A stretch of DNA of 40,203 nucleotides from Reclinomonas americana ATCC 50394. Taxonomy: Eukaryota. The stretch lies in assembly GCA_048213135.1 (NCBI GenBank), contig PS015104.1, positions 12,855-53,057 of the forward strand. The letters are read 5' to 3'. This document shows, piece after piece, positions 23,701-40,203 of this stretch (its first letter is position 1; the number at the start of each line of letters is the position of its first letter). Both the position numbers and the translations under genes were made by a program. Under the pieces are notes generated by a model. It had not been told where the DNA came from. It worked only from the letters and a program-made list of their open reading frames with translations, and did no database searches.

Positions 23701-24750
23701 CCGTCAAATGCTCATGCCTCTTTCTCATTCTGCCGTGCGTGTGCTGCAAGTCGCGTGCGGAGAAGCAAAGGTTTGAGTTCCGCAAGCGCTCACGCACACT
23801 TGTGCACTCTCGCTTCTTTCCGACAACGCGAACACGCGATGCTTGCCATCTCTCTCTCTCTCTCTCCACTCAACAGCGATGACTCCTATATCACGCTGTT
23901 TTCCTGTTTGCATCCCTCTGTTTGCACAACGCACTCTCAGAATCTCCGTTTCTCTGTTCGCATCGTGCCGAAGAAATCATTCACCACGCCACGCCTCCGT
24001 CTCCCCTTCTTATTCCTCTTCGCCTCACCCCAGATTACAACACGCCGATGAATTCCAACTCAAAACCGACGTGCACGCCCAATGGGAAGCCGGTGAGTCA
24101 TCGCCACCCCTCCCTTCTATCATCAGCCCTCACTCCTCACGCACGCACAGAACGAGCTACTGAAATGGAACGCCTCCAAAACGAAGTCCTCCTCGACGCC
24201 CGTGCCGCCAGCTTGAATGCCCAAGAACGAGCGCGCAGATTACCGCCACCACCACGCGCCGAAGACGAGTACACGGATGCCGGAGGTGGCGATCTCGAGC
24301 TCGGTTTCTCCGGCTCCATTATCGAAATCGGCTCGGGAGGATGGGTGCGTTTCACAAGAGTGTTTCTCAATGCCATTCTTCCCCACTCTCTCACCATCTC
24401 TCTGTGCATGCAGTTTGGTGGCGAAATGAGACCCGAGCAAGCCGCCGACCTGCCACTGTACATTCCCTCGGAAGTGCACGCCGACCTCGCTCGCCGACCA
24501 TCTCTGGTACGCGCGCGCTCATCCCGCCTGCCTCATAAACACCACTCACTCACTCGGTCGGTGTACACAGGAACTCATGCGACGACCGGCCTCACAGTTG
24601 CCACGTCGCGACGGTCGCGAATTGCTGACAGACGAGGGCGACAATGTGCCAGCGAGTGGTGACGGTGGAGAGGGCGTCGGCCACGAGATAATAATGCAGC
24701 AACAGCAGCAGCAGCTGCCGGGTCAAGTGAGCGAGGATGAGGAGAGGTGA
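23701..24750 (+). CDS. Hypothetical protein (5' end unresolved or in the gap), with a low-complexity acidic/polyQ C-terminus
   Basis: Phase-consistent exons 24034-24092, 24151-24344, 24414-24506, 24571-24750 (TGA) with canonical GT-AG sites. A possible upstream exon KCSCLFLILPCVCCKSRAEKQRFEF near 23703 could not be joined with confidence. Confidence 0.6.
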
Positions 24751-25042
24751 ATTAAGGGCGACAATTAATGAATGAATGAATGCAATGCGAGACAAATGAT
24801 AGTCTCGAGCATCGGAGACAGAGTCCTTGGTGCTCACACAGAGCAGGAATGGCGTCTCGTGAGACAGGTATGTATGCAGAGAGAGACATGCGCGTTCATT
24901 ATGTGTGCGCACGGGGAGAGACAGAGAGAGAAAGACAGAGACAACTGATGCACACACACTTACTGCTCTCACGCCAGAGTCGTCACCTGAACTGTGTGCG
25001 TGTGTGTGTGTGTGTGCGTGTGTGTGTATATGTGTGTGTGTG

Positions 25043-25073
<31 letters not shown>

Positions 25074-25778
25074 CTTTCTCACATTGACGCACATTCTCAC
25101 GCCTATGTCAGCGCCTAAGTCTGCAAGGCGGCACTTAATCGTCGCCTANNNNNNNNNNNNNNNNNNNNNNNNNNNNNNNNNNNNNNNNNNNNNNNNNNNN
25201 NNNNNNNNNNNNNNNNNNNNNNNNNNNNNNNNNNNNNNNNNNNNNNNNNNNNNNNNNNNNNNNNNNNNNNNNNNNNNNNNNNNNNNNNNNNNNNNNNNNN
25301 NNNNNNNNNNNNNNNNNNNNNNNNNNNNNNNNNNNNNNNNNNNNNNNNNNNNNNNNNNNNNNNNNNNNNNNNNNNNNNNNNNNNNNNNNNNNNNNNNNNN
25401 NNNNNNNNNNNNNNNNNNNNNNNNNNNNNNNNNNNNNNNNNNNNNNNNNNNNNNNNNNNNNNNNNNNNNNNNNNNNNNNNNNNNNNNNNNNNNNNNNNNN
25501 NNNNNNNNNNNNNNNNNNNNNNNNNNNNNNNNNNNNNNNNNNNNNNNNNNNNNNNNNNNNNNNNNNNNNNNNNNNNNNNNNNNNNNNNNNNNNNNNNNNN
25601 NNNNNNNNNNNNNNNNNNNNNNNNNNNNNNNNNNNNNNNNNNNNNNNNNNNNNNNNNNNNNNNNNNNNNNNNNNNNNNNNNNNNNNNNNNNNNNNNNNNN
25701 NNNNNNNNNNNNNNNNNNCCTTTTGCAACCATTTCGCTCTGCGTTCCCAGTCAGCGCACTGCAAAGGCGCGACACGAT

Positions 25779-29207
<3,429 letters not shown>

Positions 29208-29608
29208 TACACACTCTCACGCAAACACACTTTTGTTTGACACAATGGACAAACTCCACGTGGGACCGCGGGACCGGGAGGACACGGCAACGGTCTCTCA
29301 AACGTTCGTCCTTTTTTGCATAATGCAAGGCGGCGCTGTTGCTCCTCTTCCTCCTGCGCTTGGAGGCGGAGGAGAAGGAGAAGCAGCTGTGCCACCAGCA
29401 GCAGCAGAGGGAGGCCTGCGATTGTGCAGATTGTGGTGCAGTGAGTGGGTGTTTTGTTGTCAACGAACGGGCAGTGACTTTTGCGCGTGTCATTGTTGGT
29501 TTAGACCAGGTGAGAGAGAGGGAGAGAGAGGGAGAGGGAGAGAAGGAGGGAAAGGGTGAAAGAGAAGGGATTATGTGGGGACTAAAGAGAGAGAAATGGA
29601 AGAAAGAA

Positions 29609-29641
<33 letters not shown>

Positions 29642-29750
29642 TTGTGAGAGTGTGTGTAGTGTGAGAGTGTGTGTGAGTGTGAGAGTGCGTGTGAGAGCAG
29701 GGAAGGAGAGAATGTGCGAAGTTCGAGGGTGCGAAGTTGTTTGGAGAGAC

Positions 29751-29931
<181 letters not shown>

Positions 29932-30753
29932 NNNNNNNNNNNNNNNNNNNNNNNNNNNNNNNNNNNNNNNNNNNNNNNNNNNNNNNNNNNNNNNNNNNNN
30001 NNNNNNNNNNNNNNNNNNNNNNNNNNNNNNNNNNNNNNNNNNNNNNNNNNNNNNNNNNNNNNNNNNNNNNNNNNNNNNNNNNNNNNNNNNNNNNNNNNNN
30101 NNNNNNNNNNNNNNNNNNNNNNNNNNNNNNNNNNNNNNNNNNNNNNNNNNNNNNNNNNNNNNNNNNNNNNNNNNNNNNNNNNNNNNNNNNNNNNNNNNNN
30201 NNNNNNNNNNNNNNNNNNNNNNNNNNNNNNNNNNNNNNNNNNNNNNNNNNNNNNNNNNNNNNNNNNNNNNNNNNNNNNNNNNNNNNNNNNNNNNNNNNNN
30301 NNNNNNNNNNNNNNNNNNNNNNNNNNNNNNNNNNNNNNNNNNNNNNNNNNNNNNNNNNNNNNNNNNNNNNNNNNNNNNNNNNNNNNNNNNNNNNNNNNNN
30401 NNNNNNNNNNNNNNNNNNNNNNNNNNNNNNNNNNNNNNNNNNNNNNNNNNNNNNNNNNNNNNNNNNNNNNNNNNNNNNNNNNNNNNNNNNNNNNNNNNNN
30501 NNNNNNNNNNNNNNNNNNNNNNNNNNNNNNNNNNNNNNNNNNNNNNNNNNNNNNNNNNNNNNNNNNNNNNNNNNNNNNNNNNNNNNNNNNNNNNNNNNNN
30601 NNNNNNNNNNNNNNNNNNNNNNNNNNNNNNNNNNNNNNNNNNNNNNNCTCTCTGTCTCTCTTCTCCCGCCTTGTTCGCATAGCTCACTCTGCCGCTTTCT
30701 CCCTCCCTCCCTTGCCCTCTCACTCACCCGTCCCCCCTTTCCCCCTTTCTCAG

Positions 30754-32820
30754 GCGCCCGCCCGGAACCCCTCCACCCCCCAGAACCCGGCGAAACCTTC
30801 ACCGACGAGGAGATTTGCCTGTTTCGACCGGAACTCGGCGAACCGCTGTGCGGCTCCATCGAGGTCTCCTACGGCAAGTCGCTGGCGCACGAGGGCATTG
30901 TGGTGGCGGTGGTCGGGCAAATCCGTGAGTGCACCCTCACACCCGTTGTATTTTTTCTCGTGCGACACTCACCATACGCGCAGTGGTGAGCTTTGTGCAA
31001 CCGGAAAAGCACCACTTTTTGGTGTCGGAGGCCACCGTGGCACAACCGGGTCAGCTCCCGGCCGGTGTCTCCACGATACCCTTCGAGGTGAAACCGCCGG
31101 AGTTACCGTACGACTCGTACGTCGGAGCGGATGTGGTGTTGAGATATTTTGTGCGCGTGCAAATCAAGCGGAAGCGCTCGAGCGACATTTACCACGAGCA
31201 GGACTTTTGGGTGGAGAACCTGGGCATGCGCTCCTCCGATGTGCCGATCGACGACTCGCTGCAGAGTGCGCGGCAGGTGGATGTGGGCATCGAGGGGTAC
31301 CTGCACATTGTGTTTGAGTTTGACAAGACGTGGTGAGTGGCAGGGATGGAAGGGAGGGGGAGACAGGGGAAGGAGAGGTTTGTTAGCTTGCTCTTACGGA
31401 TAGAGGTGCAGTCTCATGTAAGTGGCAGTACGAAGCGTGTACTTTGCAAAGGAGAATCAGAAAGGCTTTCACTTTGCTGGTGGGAAGGAGCGCACTCATG
31501 TTTGTGTGGTGAAGAAGATGAGTTTGAGTTTGAATGATATAGTCGCTGTGCATGCGCGTGTGAGAGAGATCGAGTGAATGTTTCTTTTGCTTGCCAGCCA
31601 CAATGCAGGCTTATGTTCATGCCCGCCGTGTCGCTGTCATCTTTGCTCCAGTTCCCCAGCTGATCTCTCACGTAAAATACTCAGAATGCATACAGTTCTC
31701 ATCCCTTTGCTGCTCTTCTTCAGGTACCATCTCAACGACGTCATTCTCGGTCAAGTCTTCTTTGCACAAGTACACCTCCCGATCGACCAAATGTTCATCA
31801 CAGTTGAGTGCGCCCTGTGCTTTCCTCGCTTCTATACATTTGACTTCTCTCGTGTGCCTTCCCCATTCGGTTCTCCTGTGCTCTCTGGTGTCGCTCTACC
31901 GCTTTCGTGCATGTATGTTTCATCGCTTCACTCTCCACTATTCGCTTTCCTTCACTCCACCCTTCCTATCTCTGTTCCTCTCCCCTCCCTCTTCAACTTC
32001 TTCTCTCTCTTCTCTCTACTTCTCCCGCTTTCATTGTCACCCATTCTTCCGTGTGCTTTCCTCGCTTCAGTTCTCTTGTGGTCTCTTTCCCTCAACTCTT
32101 TGGTGTCCGTCACTCCTCTTCTCTGTTCCTCTCCCCTCACCTTCTCTCTACTTCTCCTGCTTTCATTGTCACCCATCCCTGTCCCCTTTTTCTTCTTTCT
32201 GCTTCCCTCGCTTCAGTTCTTTGTGATCTCTTTCCTCAACTCTTTGCTGTCCGTCACTCCCCCTCTCCTTTCTCCGTCCTCTTCTCTTTTCGTCTCTCAA
32301 TCTTCCTCTCTCCCTCACCTTCCCTCTTCCCCCNNNNNNNNNNNNNNNNNNNNNNNNNNNNNNNNNNNNNNNNNNNNNNNNNNNNNNNNNNNNNNNNNNN
32401 NNNNNNNNNNNNNNNNNNNNNNNNNNNNNNNNNNNNNNNNNNNNNNNNNNNNNNNNNNNNNNNNNNNNNNNNNNNNNNNNNNNNNNNNNNNNNNNNNNNN
32501 NNNNNNNNNNNNNNNNNNNNNNNNNNNNNNNNNNNNNNNNNNNNNNNNNNNNNNNNNNNNNNNNNNNNNNNNNNNNNNNNNNNNNNNNNNNNNNNNNNNN
32601 NNNNNNNNNNNNNNNNNNNNNNNNNNNNNNNNNNNNNNNNNNNNNNNNNNNNNNNNNNNNNNNNNNNNNNNNNNNNNNNNNNNNNNNNNNNNNNNNNNNN
32701 NNNNNNNNNNNNNNNNNNNNNNNNNTCTCTCTCTCTCTCTCTCTCTCTCTCCTTTTCCTTTCTTCTCTCTCTCTCTCTCTCGTTCTTTCGTTGTTCTCTC
32801 TCCTCTACTCTCTCGTCGTC

Positions 32821-32864
<44 letters not shown>

Positions 32865-33197
32865 CTCCTCCTCCTCCCTCCCCCTCCCCCCCCCCCCCCC
32901 TTCCCCCTTCCCCTCCCACAGATGGTCCGCAAGGAAATCTGCGGCTCGGGCCCCACCGACGTCACCGAAACCACCATGCTGGCCTCGTCGGAGCTCATGG
33001 ACGGATTCCCGGGCGAGGGCGACAATGTGCCCGTGCGCTTCTTCTTGAAGCCGGTGTTTAGCCTGACACCGACCTTTGTCAACGTGCACAATGTGTACTC
33101 GGTGCGCTACTTTATCAACCTGGTGCTCATCGACACCGAGAATCGCAAGTTCTTCAAGCAGCACGAGGTGTACTTGTATCGCGAGCGGCCCGGGTGA
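30754..33197 (+). CDS. VPS26: VPS26 retromer subunit-like protein (arrestin fold), 5' end in the gap
   Basis: Exons 30754-30924, 30984-31332, 31724-31802, 32922-33197 (TGA). Motifs: KSLAHEGI...VGQI, [69 protein letters not shown].NV....SVRYFINLVLID.E.RKFFKQ.EV.LYR. Confidence 0.92.
31803..32921 (+). other. Intron with atypical ACA|GTTGAGT donor
   Basis: This donor gives IDQMFIT|MVRKEICG, collinear with the conserved VPS26 'I..MEL.LI.KE..G' segment. The nearby GTGCGC is out of phase. Confidence 0.75.
32011..32265. repeat. Diverged tandem duplication of about 130 bp in a VPS26 intron
   Basis: tctctctacttctcc.gctttcattgtcacccat...ctcgcttcagttct...cctcaactctttg.tgtccgtcactcc occurs at about 32011 and about 32143. 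Confidence 0.88.
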
Positions 33198-33293
33198 TGG
33201 TCGGTGTGAGAGAACGAGAAGATGATGAAAAGAAATGTAATCAATCAGTGCATTGTGTGAACCCTAAAGGAAACACTCTGTACATTGCTAAAG

Positions 33294-34569
33294 TCACCTC
33301 CACCCTGGTTTCGCCGTCGGCGATGCACTGCGCACCGTCGTTGTCACCGTCAACTGCTGCTGTTGCTGTTGCTGTAGCTGCTGCTGTTGTGGCGGCTGTT
33401 GAATTGGCTGTGATCGTGCGGCGTAGCCACCACCACCACCACCACCGCGCTTCTTCTGCTCACCGCCGCCCACTCGCCGCTTCTTGCCGCGCTGGCCACC
33501 TCCATCCTCATTGCCGGTGTCATCCGCCTCACCATCCGCATCTCCATCGTCGACCTCATGCTTGCCGTTCGTCTCCGCGTGCGCATCAGCCGACACATCG
33601 ACAACGGCATGGCGCGGCGGCCGACTGAGCGAGGCCAGTTCCAGCTGTCGGCGACACTGCTCGAGTTGGAGGCGGAGCACGCCAATCTCCTCGTTCTTGC
33701 GGAATTCGAGTTCGGTCAGCGAGCGGCCGTTCTCTTGCTGCGGAGAGGGGGAGAAACGGGCGTCATCAGTGATTGACTGAGGCGATCAATTCATCAATCT
33801 CTTCTTTTCCATCTTCTCTGCTGCCTCCCACTCTACCGCTTCTGCCATTCTCCGTCCCTCGCCTTTCCTTTCCCCAAATATCTCCCTCTCGTGCCACCCT
33901 CCCTTGTCTTCTCTTTGTCACATCACTGCGGCATTGACTTTGCTGTCTCATTACTGTTCCTCAACATTTCCATCCCTCCCATATTTTCTCCACTATTTCC
34001 TCATTTCTCTCCACCTCGTCCATTTGCCTCTCTGTGCAACCCTTCCATTCTCTTAACGTTGCTAACTCTCAGCAGCATCCAATCTCATCTTCTTCATCGA
34101 CATTTCCCTCCCTCACCTTCCCATTCTCCACCATTCTACACTCGTCCACACTGTGCCTCCTCTATTCTACAGCATTCCACTTCACAGCTTATCTGTCCTT
34201 CCCATTACCTCTCTCTTCCGCCCTGCTCTCCCCACCTCCATTCTCCACCACTTGTCACCTCTTTATCGTTCCATCTCATTCTTTCCCTTCTACTTCCCCC
34301 TTCCCTTTTCCGTGCCCCCCTTCCCTTTATCTCCCTTATCCTTCCCCTTCCCTTTCCCTTCTCCTTCACCTTTCCCCTTCTCTCCCCCTTTCCCCTTTCC
34401 AACTCACCAACTGCTCCAACAACGACTCACACACCGCCTGATCGACCGTGCCCTGCGCCATTCTCAAAATCGCCCCATGCAACACCTCCGCCTGCTGCTT
34501 CCACTCCGCCGCCTGCTGCCGCGCCCGCTTCAACTCCTTGGCCATGCGCTGCAGTCGGCGATCGTCTGC

Positions 34570-34604
<35 letters not shown>

Positions 34605-37600
34605 AGGAGGCGGACGACGGCACTTGGATGGGATGCTGCAGGCGGTGCGTAAATTGTCGACTGAGGTCGCGCAGGCGCGTCACCTGCAAGCATGCACCCA
34701 TCCAGCAGGTTTAAGAGAACGTTTCTGCTTGCGGGCACCCCAATCACCCGCCGACGCACCTCATTCTCTCGCTCCATCCACTCCAAATCAAACATGTGCT
34801 GTACAACAAAATTGTGCTCCTCGTCCTCGTCGAGCACCGCCGCTGTCGTCGTGCCCCGCACGTCACTGGGGCGGCCCGACGCCGCCGCATAAAGGGGCGG
34901 TGACGAGGGCGCCATCAAGAGCTCCGTCGAAAACAGATGCGGCAGTGGACTGAATTCGCCGCTGGCCGTTCGCCCGCCCTGCGACTCCGAGGCCATGCCA
35001 CCTCCGGCTCCGCCGCCGACTCCCAACTGCCCGACACTCAGCAGATTCTTGGTGTTTGACGAGGCCTCACGCCGCGGCGACACATCGGCCGACACCGACA
35101 CGCCGCCGCCATACGAATCGTGCACCTTTCCCTCGTGACCAGCATTCGCATGCGCTGCCAAGCGTGTCTCCGAGGCCGCGCTGAGCGGCACGCGTGGTGT
35201 CACCTCCGGCACCGGGAGCACATCGATCGGCAGCGACGGCACCACCGACGGGCGCGGTGGCGAGCGGTGGTACTCCTCACGCATTTGCTGTGGCGACATG
35301 TCAGCAGTCTTCCTTCCCTCTCACACACACTATTCCCCCTTGGCTTACCTTGGTCGGCGACGGCGTGCTGGTTCCCATCGTGTACTCGCCCTCCGACTCC
35401 TCCCCGTTGAGACTCCAGTCGCTGGAGGTGTTCAGCGGATCCCCAATGGCGGCGCCGGGCACACGTTCCGCCGGCACTCCCAGCGTTCGCGGACTGCCCA
35501 CTGGCGTGCTCTTCTTCGACAACGTCTTGCGCCGCTCCTCCACCACCCGCTTCACCCGCTGAATGTGCTGCTTCAGCGCTTCAGTGTCACGCTGTCGCTG
35601 CGCTGTCAAGCGAGACCGCTCGTCGCTCAGCAGCTCCCCAATCGCCTCCTGCATCGTCTTGGAACTGACGGCCGAGATGGCGCCAGCCGAACTCCGACGC
35701 CCACCAATCATCGTGGGTCTCTGCTGCTGCTGCTGCTGTTGTTGTTGTGGCTGCGGGGGCGGTGGTGGTGGTGGTGGCGGTGCTACTGCCGGTGGTTGTG
35801 ATGCGCCAGTTCGATCTCGCGGTGACGTCGAGAGGAGCGACTCGGTGGTGCGCAGCCGCTCCAGCGACACGCCCGGCAAGTTCATCGTGCCCGAGATCTC
35901 GTTGAAGCTGTGCGCCAGTTGCTCCAGTGACGGTGCATTCGGCGCCGCGGCACCCGCCGCCAGCGGACTGGTCACCACGCCCTGCGCCACACCCTCGCCC
36001 GACCGGCGAACGCCTTTTCTCCGCGAATCCTCTGCAGTGTCGTTGCTGAAGGAGACGGCGGCGAGGGTGGCAGCCATCGACGGCCGCTCCTCCACTCGAC
36101 TGGTCAGGTTGCCGGACCGAGAGTCGCGCTCGGAGCTCTTGGAGCGTGCCGAGGCCGAATCACGAGGCGTAATCGGCGCACTCTTGGTGCCGCTCTTGGA
36201 GCGCGCGGCTACCACCGCCTGGTGCGGTTGTCCAAGGCTGCCGACTGTGACCGGCTTTTGCAAATGGACGGAAATGGTGGTCGTCGCCGGCAGCGGTGTC
36301 ACCGTCGTGGCAGAGGGGCGCATCGGCGGATACGTGACGGTGCGTGAGCCGACAGGCGGACTCACGACAGCGGCAGCCGTCGTCGACGTGGTTGTGGTTC
36401 CGCTTGCGCCGGCCGACAGCGAGGCATTCAGTCGCGGACTCGCCGCCGGACTGGAGCCGCTCTTGTTGGGCGACACCTTGGCCGCCGCCTTGCCGCCCTT
36501 GACCACAGACACACGCGCCGCCACGGATTCGTCGACGTGTGTCGGCGACAGTGTCGACGCGCTGAATGGTGAGTGCACGAGCGCCCGGCCAATGAGCTCA
36601 TCCAGCGCTGCTGCGCCTCCACTACCACCGTCTCCTCCGCCATGAGCTGGCTCCGTTGTCATGCGTCGATTGACACGCGGACTGTTGCCGCCACCCGTGG
36701 TCGCCCCCGCACTGATTCGTCGCCGATGATTGCTGCGAGTCTGCGACGCCAAAATAATGCACCATGTCAGCAAATGAGCAGACCGGGCGATGAGAGAGGG
36801 GAAAATGCGCACCACATCGAGGTCTGTCGCGCTGGGTTTCGGTGGAGACACGGGAGGCGATGCAGATGCAGCAAAAACAGCAGCAGCAGCAGTTGGTGCT
36901 AGTACAGGTGGAGGGGAGGCCAGTGGAGAATCCGCAGAGGTGACAATCGGCGAACTGCCGCGACCCGTGGTCTTCAGGAACGAGGGTGCGGGGACGGGAG
37001 AACCGCGCGACGCGGGAGCAGCAACGGCGGCCGCTGGTCCTCTGGCGCTCCGATGAGCACCCACGGGACGGCCACCGTCCTCCAACACAGAGTCCACCGG
37101 CGACTTCCACTCCAGCGCCTCGGCCGCCGGCGACATGCCCATTCGACTCCCAAACATGGCCTCGTCGGGCGACAGCGGCAGCTCCACAGGTGGTGCGGCA
37201 GCCGCCGGCTCGAACAGTCGATTGAACTTGACTCGATCGTGCGGATCCGGCGGCACGAGTGGACCAGTGCCGGAGCGTGGCGGTGGTGGTTGCAGGAAGC
37301 GGCGTGCACTGCTCGGGGCCGCGATGGGGGACAGCTGGGGGGACGGGCAACGGGTGAGTCAATGTGACGCGAAAGGGGGAAAGGGGTGAAGTATGTTCCT
37401 CTCTCTCTCCAATTCTGCTGCTGGGCGTGTGCGCGTGCGTGAAGTCCCTCTTTTCGCACGTGTGTACATGTGTGTGTGTGCACGAAACGACGTTTTGTGA
37501 TGGTGGCGACTGCACACCACTGCCGCCATCAGCGGGTGGAGGTGAGCCCATGCTCTCGGGTGAGGTGAGAATGGAGCGCTCCGACTTGAAAATGCTCTCG

Positions 37601-39937
37601 ACACGCATCACTGCAGAGGCAGAGATGAGTCAGGACACAGAAGACAGAAAACAAAGCGAAACACAGCATACCTTGCTCGAGCACACTGCTCCGCCACTCG
37701 CTGTTGCGCTTGATGACATCCATGTACGTGGAAGAGGTCCGCGAGGTCAGCTGGAGCGGTGTCTCCTGATTGACGCCCCACCAGAACACAGTGCCGCGGT
37801 CTGCACGCATGTTCCATGTGAGTGAGCAAGCCACAGGAATCAAAACACACAGTCTCACATCAAGGGCGATCTCTCTTCGAGCCAAGATGGATCTCACATG
37901 TGCACCTGAGCCTGGCACAAGGAACTGACCTTCGCCCACCAACTCCCTTGTATCTCACTCTGTCGCCTGACACTCCTCTCTCTCTCTCTCTCTCTCTCAT
38001 ACGCCCAAACATAAACATCGCCCATTTGCTTTCGATGGTCCTTCTAATCTGTTGCTTAGGCAACCCCACTTGCTAGATCGCATGCCGCGCAGATCTATTT
38101 CATCCATTTCTCCCAGTCTCTTTTTTCACTCTTGGTGCATGTGTTCTTCCTCCTCTGTCTTCTTCTTCCTCCTCCTCCTTTTCTTGTTCTTCTTCTTCTC
38201 GTTTTTCTCCTTCCTTCTCTTTCCTCTTCTTCTCCTCCTCCTTCTTCCTTTCTCTGTATTCTCTCTTCCTTCCATCGTACTCGCTCCTTCCCCTTCTGCT
38301 TCCTCGCCTCAACAACCCTCACCTGTCACCGCCACACAATGCGAAGGCGAGCAGACCAGATCGCGCACATTGTGACCCGTGAGAGCCTCCACCACGGTCG
38401 GCTGCGACGACGACTCGGACGACCCGCGTGCCAACAGCCCGTCCGCCCGATTGCCCCACGAATAGAGAGCGCCGGTCTCTGTCACCGCAAAACTCGACTC
38501 CTTTTCCGCAAACACTCGCAGCACTCGTAATCTCTCGAGTCCCGACACTGGCAGCAGCGAATCTGCGCGTCGCCGCCGAAGCACAATCAGCAAACAATCA
38601 CACCACGAATCCGACTCTTTTCTTGAGCGCACCATGTGACGATGTTCCGGGACCGAGTTGACCCTGCTTGTTGACACCGCAGCCGACCACGTGCCCATCC
38701 ACGGTCAAAAACAGCACGTGCCGTGAGCCAGTGGCACAATCCACAAAATTGCCCTGCACCGAGTGCGAGTGCGTCACCCGCTTGCCGTCCTGCACCCACC
38801 AGAATGCCCGTGACTCTGCGCGCCACGAGTATTAGCAAGCGGTTACAAATAGAGAGGCGACATTTCCCGCAAAAGACGAGTCACCAGTGCAGGCACAAAA
38901 CCGCGCCACCAACGACGCCGCCGACATGCCAATGACAGGCTCACGGCCAATCGGTTCTCGGTCATCCACCACCGCCGCCTCGTTCCACGTGTTGAGCAAG
39001 GCGGCTTCTAATGGTGGTGGTTCACCTGCGCAATGAATGAAAAGAGTGAGACAGAGAGAGAAAAGCGACAATGCGAAGCCACAAAACACTACTCACCAAC
39101 TGCGCCCACTGGCCGCTCCGCCACCATCTCCAGCGCCTCCGACACACTCCTCGCAGTAATGCTGCTCTTGGTCGACGCTAATTGTGTGGGAGACCAGACC
39201 AGTACGTGCCGGCCACTTCGATGTTGGTCTGCGGGTGTGTAGGAGAAGAGAAATGGTGAGAAGGGAGAGAAAGAGGGAAAGGAGGAGAAAGAGGGAAGGG
39301 AGGAGAAAGAGGGAACGAAGGAGAAAGAGGGAGGGGAGGAGAAAGAGGGATGAGACAAAAAGAAGGAACGGATGAGAAAGAGAGACGGGAGGAGAAAGAG
39401 GGAATGGAGGAGAAAGAGGGAAGGGAAGAGAAAGAGGGAACGGAGGAGAAAGAGGGAAGGGAGAGAAAGAGGGAACGAATGCAGAGATAGAAGCGAGAAG
39501 GACGCGGAGAATGATAGACACGCAGAAGAAAGAGAACTGAGATGAAGGCACCCTCCCCCTGTGATGCCTCTTTCCCTTGGACTCACCAATGGCCACCGCC
39601 AAATGCGACTCGCCCACGCTCATGTGCGTCACCGACACATGTCCACCGCCCAGCATCGCCATTTGATCCACATGCACCGTGCCGAGCTCCGAGTCGACCT
39701 CCACGCGATACACATGCATCGACTGCGCATCGGAGATGGCAAACAAGAAGCGCCCGTCCTCCACCAACACCATGCGCTTGGCTCGCTTCACACTGGCATG
39801 ACAGGAACCGACACGCAGCGGCTGCAGCACGTTGCTGTCCCCGTCGCCATCGTCGGCGGCCAGCGACGAAGCCGTGGCCGCAGCACGTCGCTGCCAGGCA
39901 CTCAACTCGCGAGTTGACCAGCCACTGGGGTCACCAG
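33294..39937 (-). CDS. RCC1-repeat protein with a long Ser/Pro/Ala-rich disordered region and C-terminal coiled coils (5' partial)
   Basis: 12 exons spliced in frame from 39937 to the TGA at 33294. RCC1 blades: CATGSRHVLFLTVDGHVVGCGVNKQGQLG, SSFAVTETGALYSWGNRADGLLARG and CSPSHCVAVTDRGTVFWWG. Coiled-coil segments: RRLQRMAKELKRARQQAAEWKQQAE and KNEEIGVLRLQLEQCRRQLE. Confidence 0.82.
39255..39480. repeat. 18-bp GA-rich minisatellite (gagggaaNggaggagaaa) in an RCC1-gene intron
   Basis: About 12 degenerate copies, giving the PFPLSP and LFLLPS spurious ORFs. Confidence 0.9.
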
Positions 39938-40203
39938 CTGCACAAAGAGGGAAGAGTGAGGGAAAGAGAAGGGCGATGAGATGCAGAGAGAGAGAGAGAG
40001 AGAAGAAGGATCAGAGGCCACAGTCTCACTCTCTGAGAGAGACAGAAGGATGAAGAAGGCTTATAATGCATCGGAATGAGTGCGTCAGTGACAAGGAGAA
40101 ACCCAACAGAGAAGAGAGGAGTTGCAGTGAGAGAGACTGAAGAATGAAAGAGCGTGTCATAAGGCGTCGGAAGGAGACGGTTTCCAAGGCATTGACTCAG
40201 TAA

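Noticed and set aside
35563-36645. Long antisense ORFs opposite real exons (also 6306-7391 and 4359-5402)
   Set aside because: Expected shadow ORFs in GC-rich coding DNA, with no motifs.

Overview
Draft-assembly window (many N gaps, CT/GA and CA/TG microsatellites) from an intron-dense, GC-rich microbial eukaryote using the standard genetic code. Splicing the reading frames by hand gives ten genes: the 3' part of a VPS13B-like lipid-transfer protein (+), a GT31 beta-1,3-galactosyltransferase (-), a secreted EGF/Cys-rich protein (-), a Crinkler-type NTPase+REase protein (+), trimethyllysine dioxygenase (+), a double-FtsX/MacB-type permease (-), two small hypothetical proteins, a VPS26-like protein (+) and an RCC1-repeat/coiled-coil protein (-). 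The main signal is in the introns. Of about 72 donors placed by hand, 18 are a second class, GTTGCG(T) or its variants GTTGAGT, GTTCCGT and GTTTCGT. Each is the ordinary donor of this genome with one extra T, so the conserved G sits at +6 instead of +5. This class almost never has the exonic -1 G (2/18, against about 47/54 in ordinary donors). That fits U1 snRNA pairing in a +1-shifted register, which is known as a rarity in human but here covers about a quarter of introns. A second lead is that the Crinkler-type protein appears to carry a mitochondrial presequence in place of a CRN header. All gene models are manual and have not been checked against RNA data.
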